Positions 63,267 to 64,000 of a stretch of 64,000 nucleotides of DNA are shown here, piece after piece. Below the pieces are notes generated by a model. The model did no database searches and was not told the DNA's origin. It saw nothing but the letters and a program-made list of their open reading frames with translations. The translations under genes were made by a program, and so were the position numbers. This stretch comes from a virus (lineage: Duplodnaviria; Caudoviricetes): IMG/VR virus record IMGVR_UViG_3300043395_004688; one strand, 5' to 3'. Within the stretch, counting starts at the first letter, position 1. Every line of letters begins with the position of its first letter.

Positions 63267-64000
63267 ATGCCTTTAATTAAAGCTAGATCAAGTTCTATTC
63301 AAGAAAGTGTTGATCTTCGTGGTACGCCAACAGCCCCAACCGCTGCTGACGCTACTAACACAACGCAGGTTGCTTCTACGGCCTTCGTTAAAAGTAACAT
63401 TGCTAACCTGATTGACTCAGCACCAGCAGCTCTTGATACACTTAACGAGTTGGCCGCAGCTATCAGTGATGATGCAAGTTTTGCTTCTACAGTAACTAAC
63501 GCATTAGCAGGAAAACTAGCATTAGCCGGTGGTACAATGACTGGTACGCTAGTATTGTCAGGTGCACCTAGTAACAATTTAGATGCTGCAACCAAAGGTT
63601 ATGTTGATCAAGAAATTGCAAGTATTACCATCAACGATACTGATGGTCTCAGCGAAGGTGTAACTAATCTATACTTCACTGATGCTCGTGCTAGAAGTGC
63701 AATCAGCTTGTCTGGTAACAACTCATCTGTACTAGACTATGATTCTACAACTGGTCAGTTTAGTTTTGCTTGGCCAACTACCGATGGTATTCTTGAAGGT
63801 ACATCAAACTTATTCTATACTAACACTCGTGTTCGTAATGCTGTAAGTTTAACAACTGATGATTCTTCTTTGCTTTCATACAGCAGCACCACTGGTGAGT
63901 TTACTTGGAATACACCAGATACAGATAAAGTAACAGAAGGCGCAACAAACCTTTATCACACAGTAGCTCGTGCCAGAGGTGCGCTAAGTGCTGGTGCCAA
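63267..64000 (+). CDS. Tail fibre protein, 3'-truncated by the window edge (not in the ORF track)
   Basis: MPLIKARSSS...GTPTAPTAA..TNTTQVASTAFV...APAALDTLNELAAAI, DAATKGYVD, three TD.l.EG.TNLY.T.AR.R.A.S repeats; SD AAAGGA. Confidence 0.85.
   Translation, partial: MPLIKARSSSIQESVDLRGTPTAPTAADATNTTQVASTAFVKSNIANLIDSAPAALDTLNELAAAISDDASFASTVTNALAGKLALAGGTMTGTLVLSGAPSNNLDAATKGYVDQEIASITINDTDGLSEGVTNLYFTDARARSAISLSGNNSSVLDYDSTTGQFSFAWPTTDGILEGTSNLFYTNTRVRNAVSLTTDDSSLLSYSSTTGEFTWNTPDTDKVTEGATNLYHTVARARGALSAGA

Noticed and set aside
1-64000. Stop-codon reassignment, inteins or frameshifted core genes
   Set aside because: Core genes (portal, MCP, gp46/47, thyX) are full-length in the standard code; TAG, TAA and TGA all end genes; no intein-like insertions seen.

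Overview
A 64-kb, gene-dense segment of a large T4-like (jumbo) myophage genome, read in the standard genetic code. It most resembles the RaK2/XacN1/Atu_ph07-type and uncultured freshwater giant phages; that placement is by recognition, not by search. Left to right: (i) a 5'-truncated MOSC gene, RNase H and SpeD; (ii) an early module with four sigma70 promoters driving a MoxR-type AAA+ ATPase and a HExxH/vWA partner, followed by a ~200-nt structured RNA; (iii) a ~16-kb block of tailoring enzymes (radical SAM, degenerate ATP-grasp, fatty-acid hydroxylase, delta-9 desaturase, two 2OG-Fe oxygenases, two AsnB-like ATP pyrophosphatases, two GNAT-like proteins, a methyltransferase, about five glycosyltransferase-like proteins, ThyX); (iv) the minus-strand baseplate/tail region (2843-aa protein, gp6, gp25, gp5, hub); (v) gp55-like late sigma factor, MazG-like, gp47/gp46, Hc1-like and GIY-YIG genes, followed by a ~450-nt ornate pseudoknotted RNA; (vi) gp26, tape measure, portal, protease, scaffold, major capsid, holin and tail-fibre genes. 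A late promoter TAA(A/G)TA sits exactly 5 nt before many start codons, implying leaderless late mRNAs. No tRNA, CRISPR array, intron, intein or reverse transcriptase was found. The best leads are the two unannotated structured RNAs and the late-expressed tailoring/glycosylation cluster next to the tail genes. All family assignments come from motifs recognised by eye; no database search or folding program was run.
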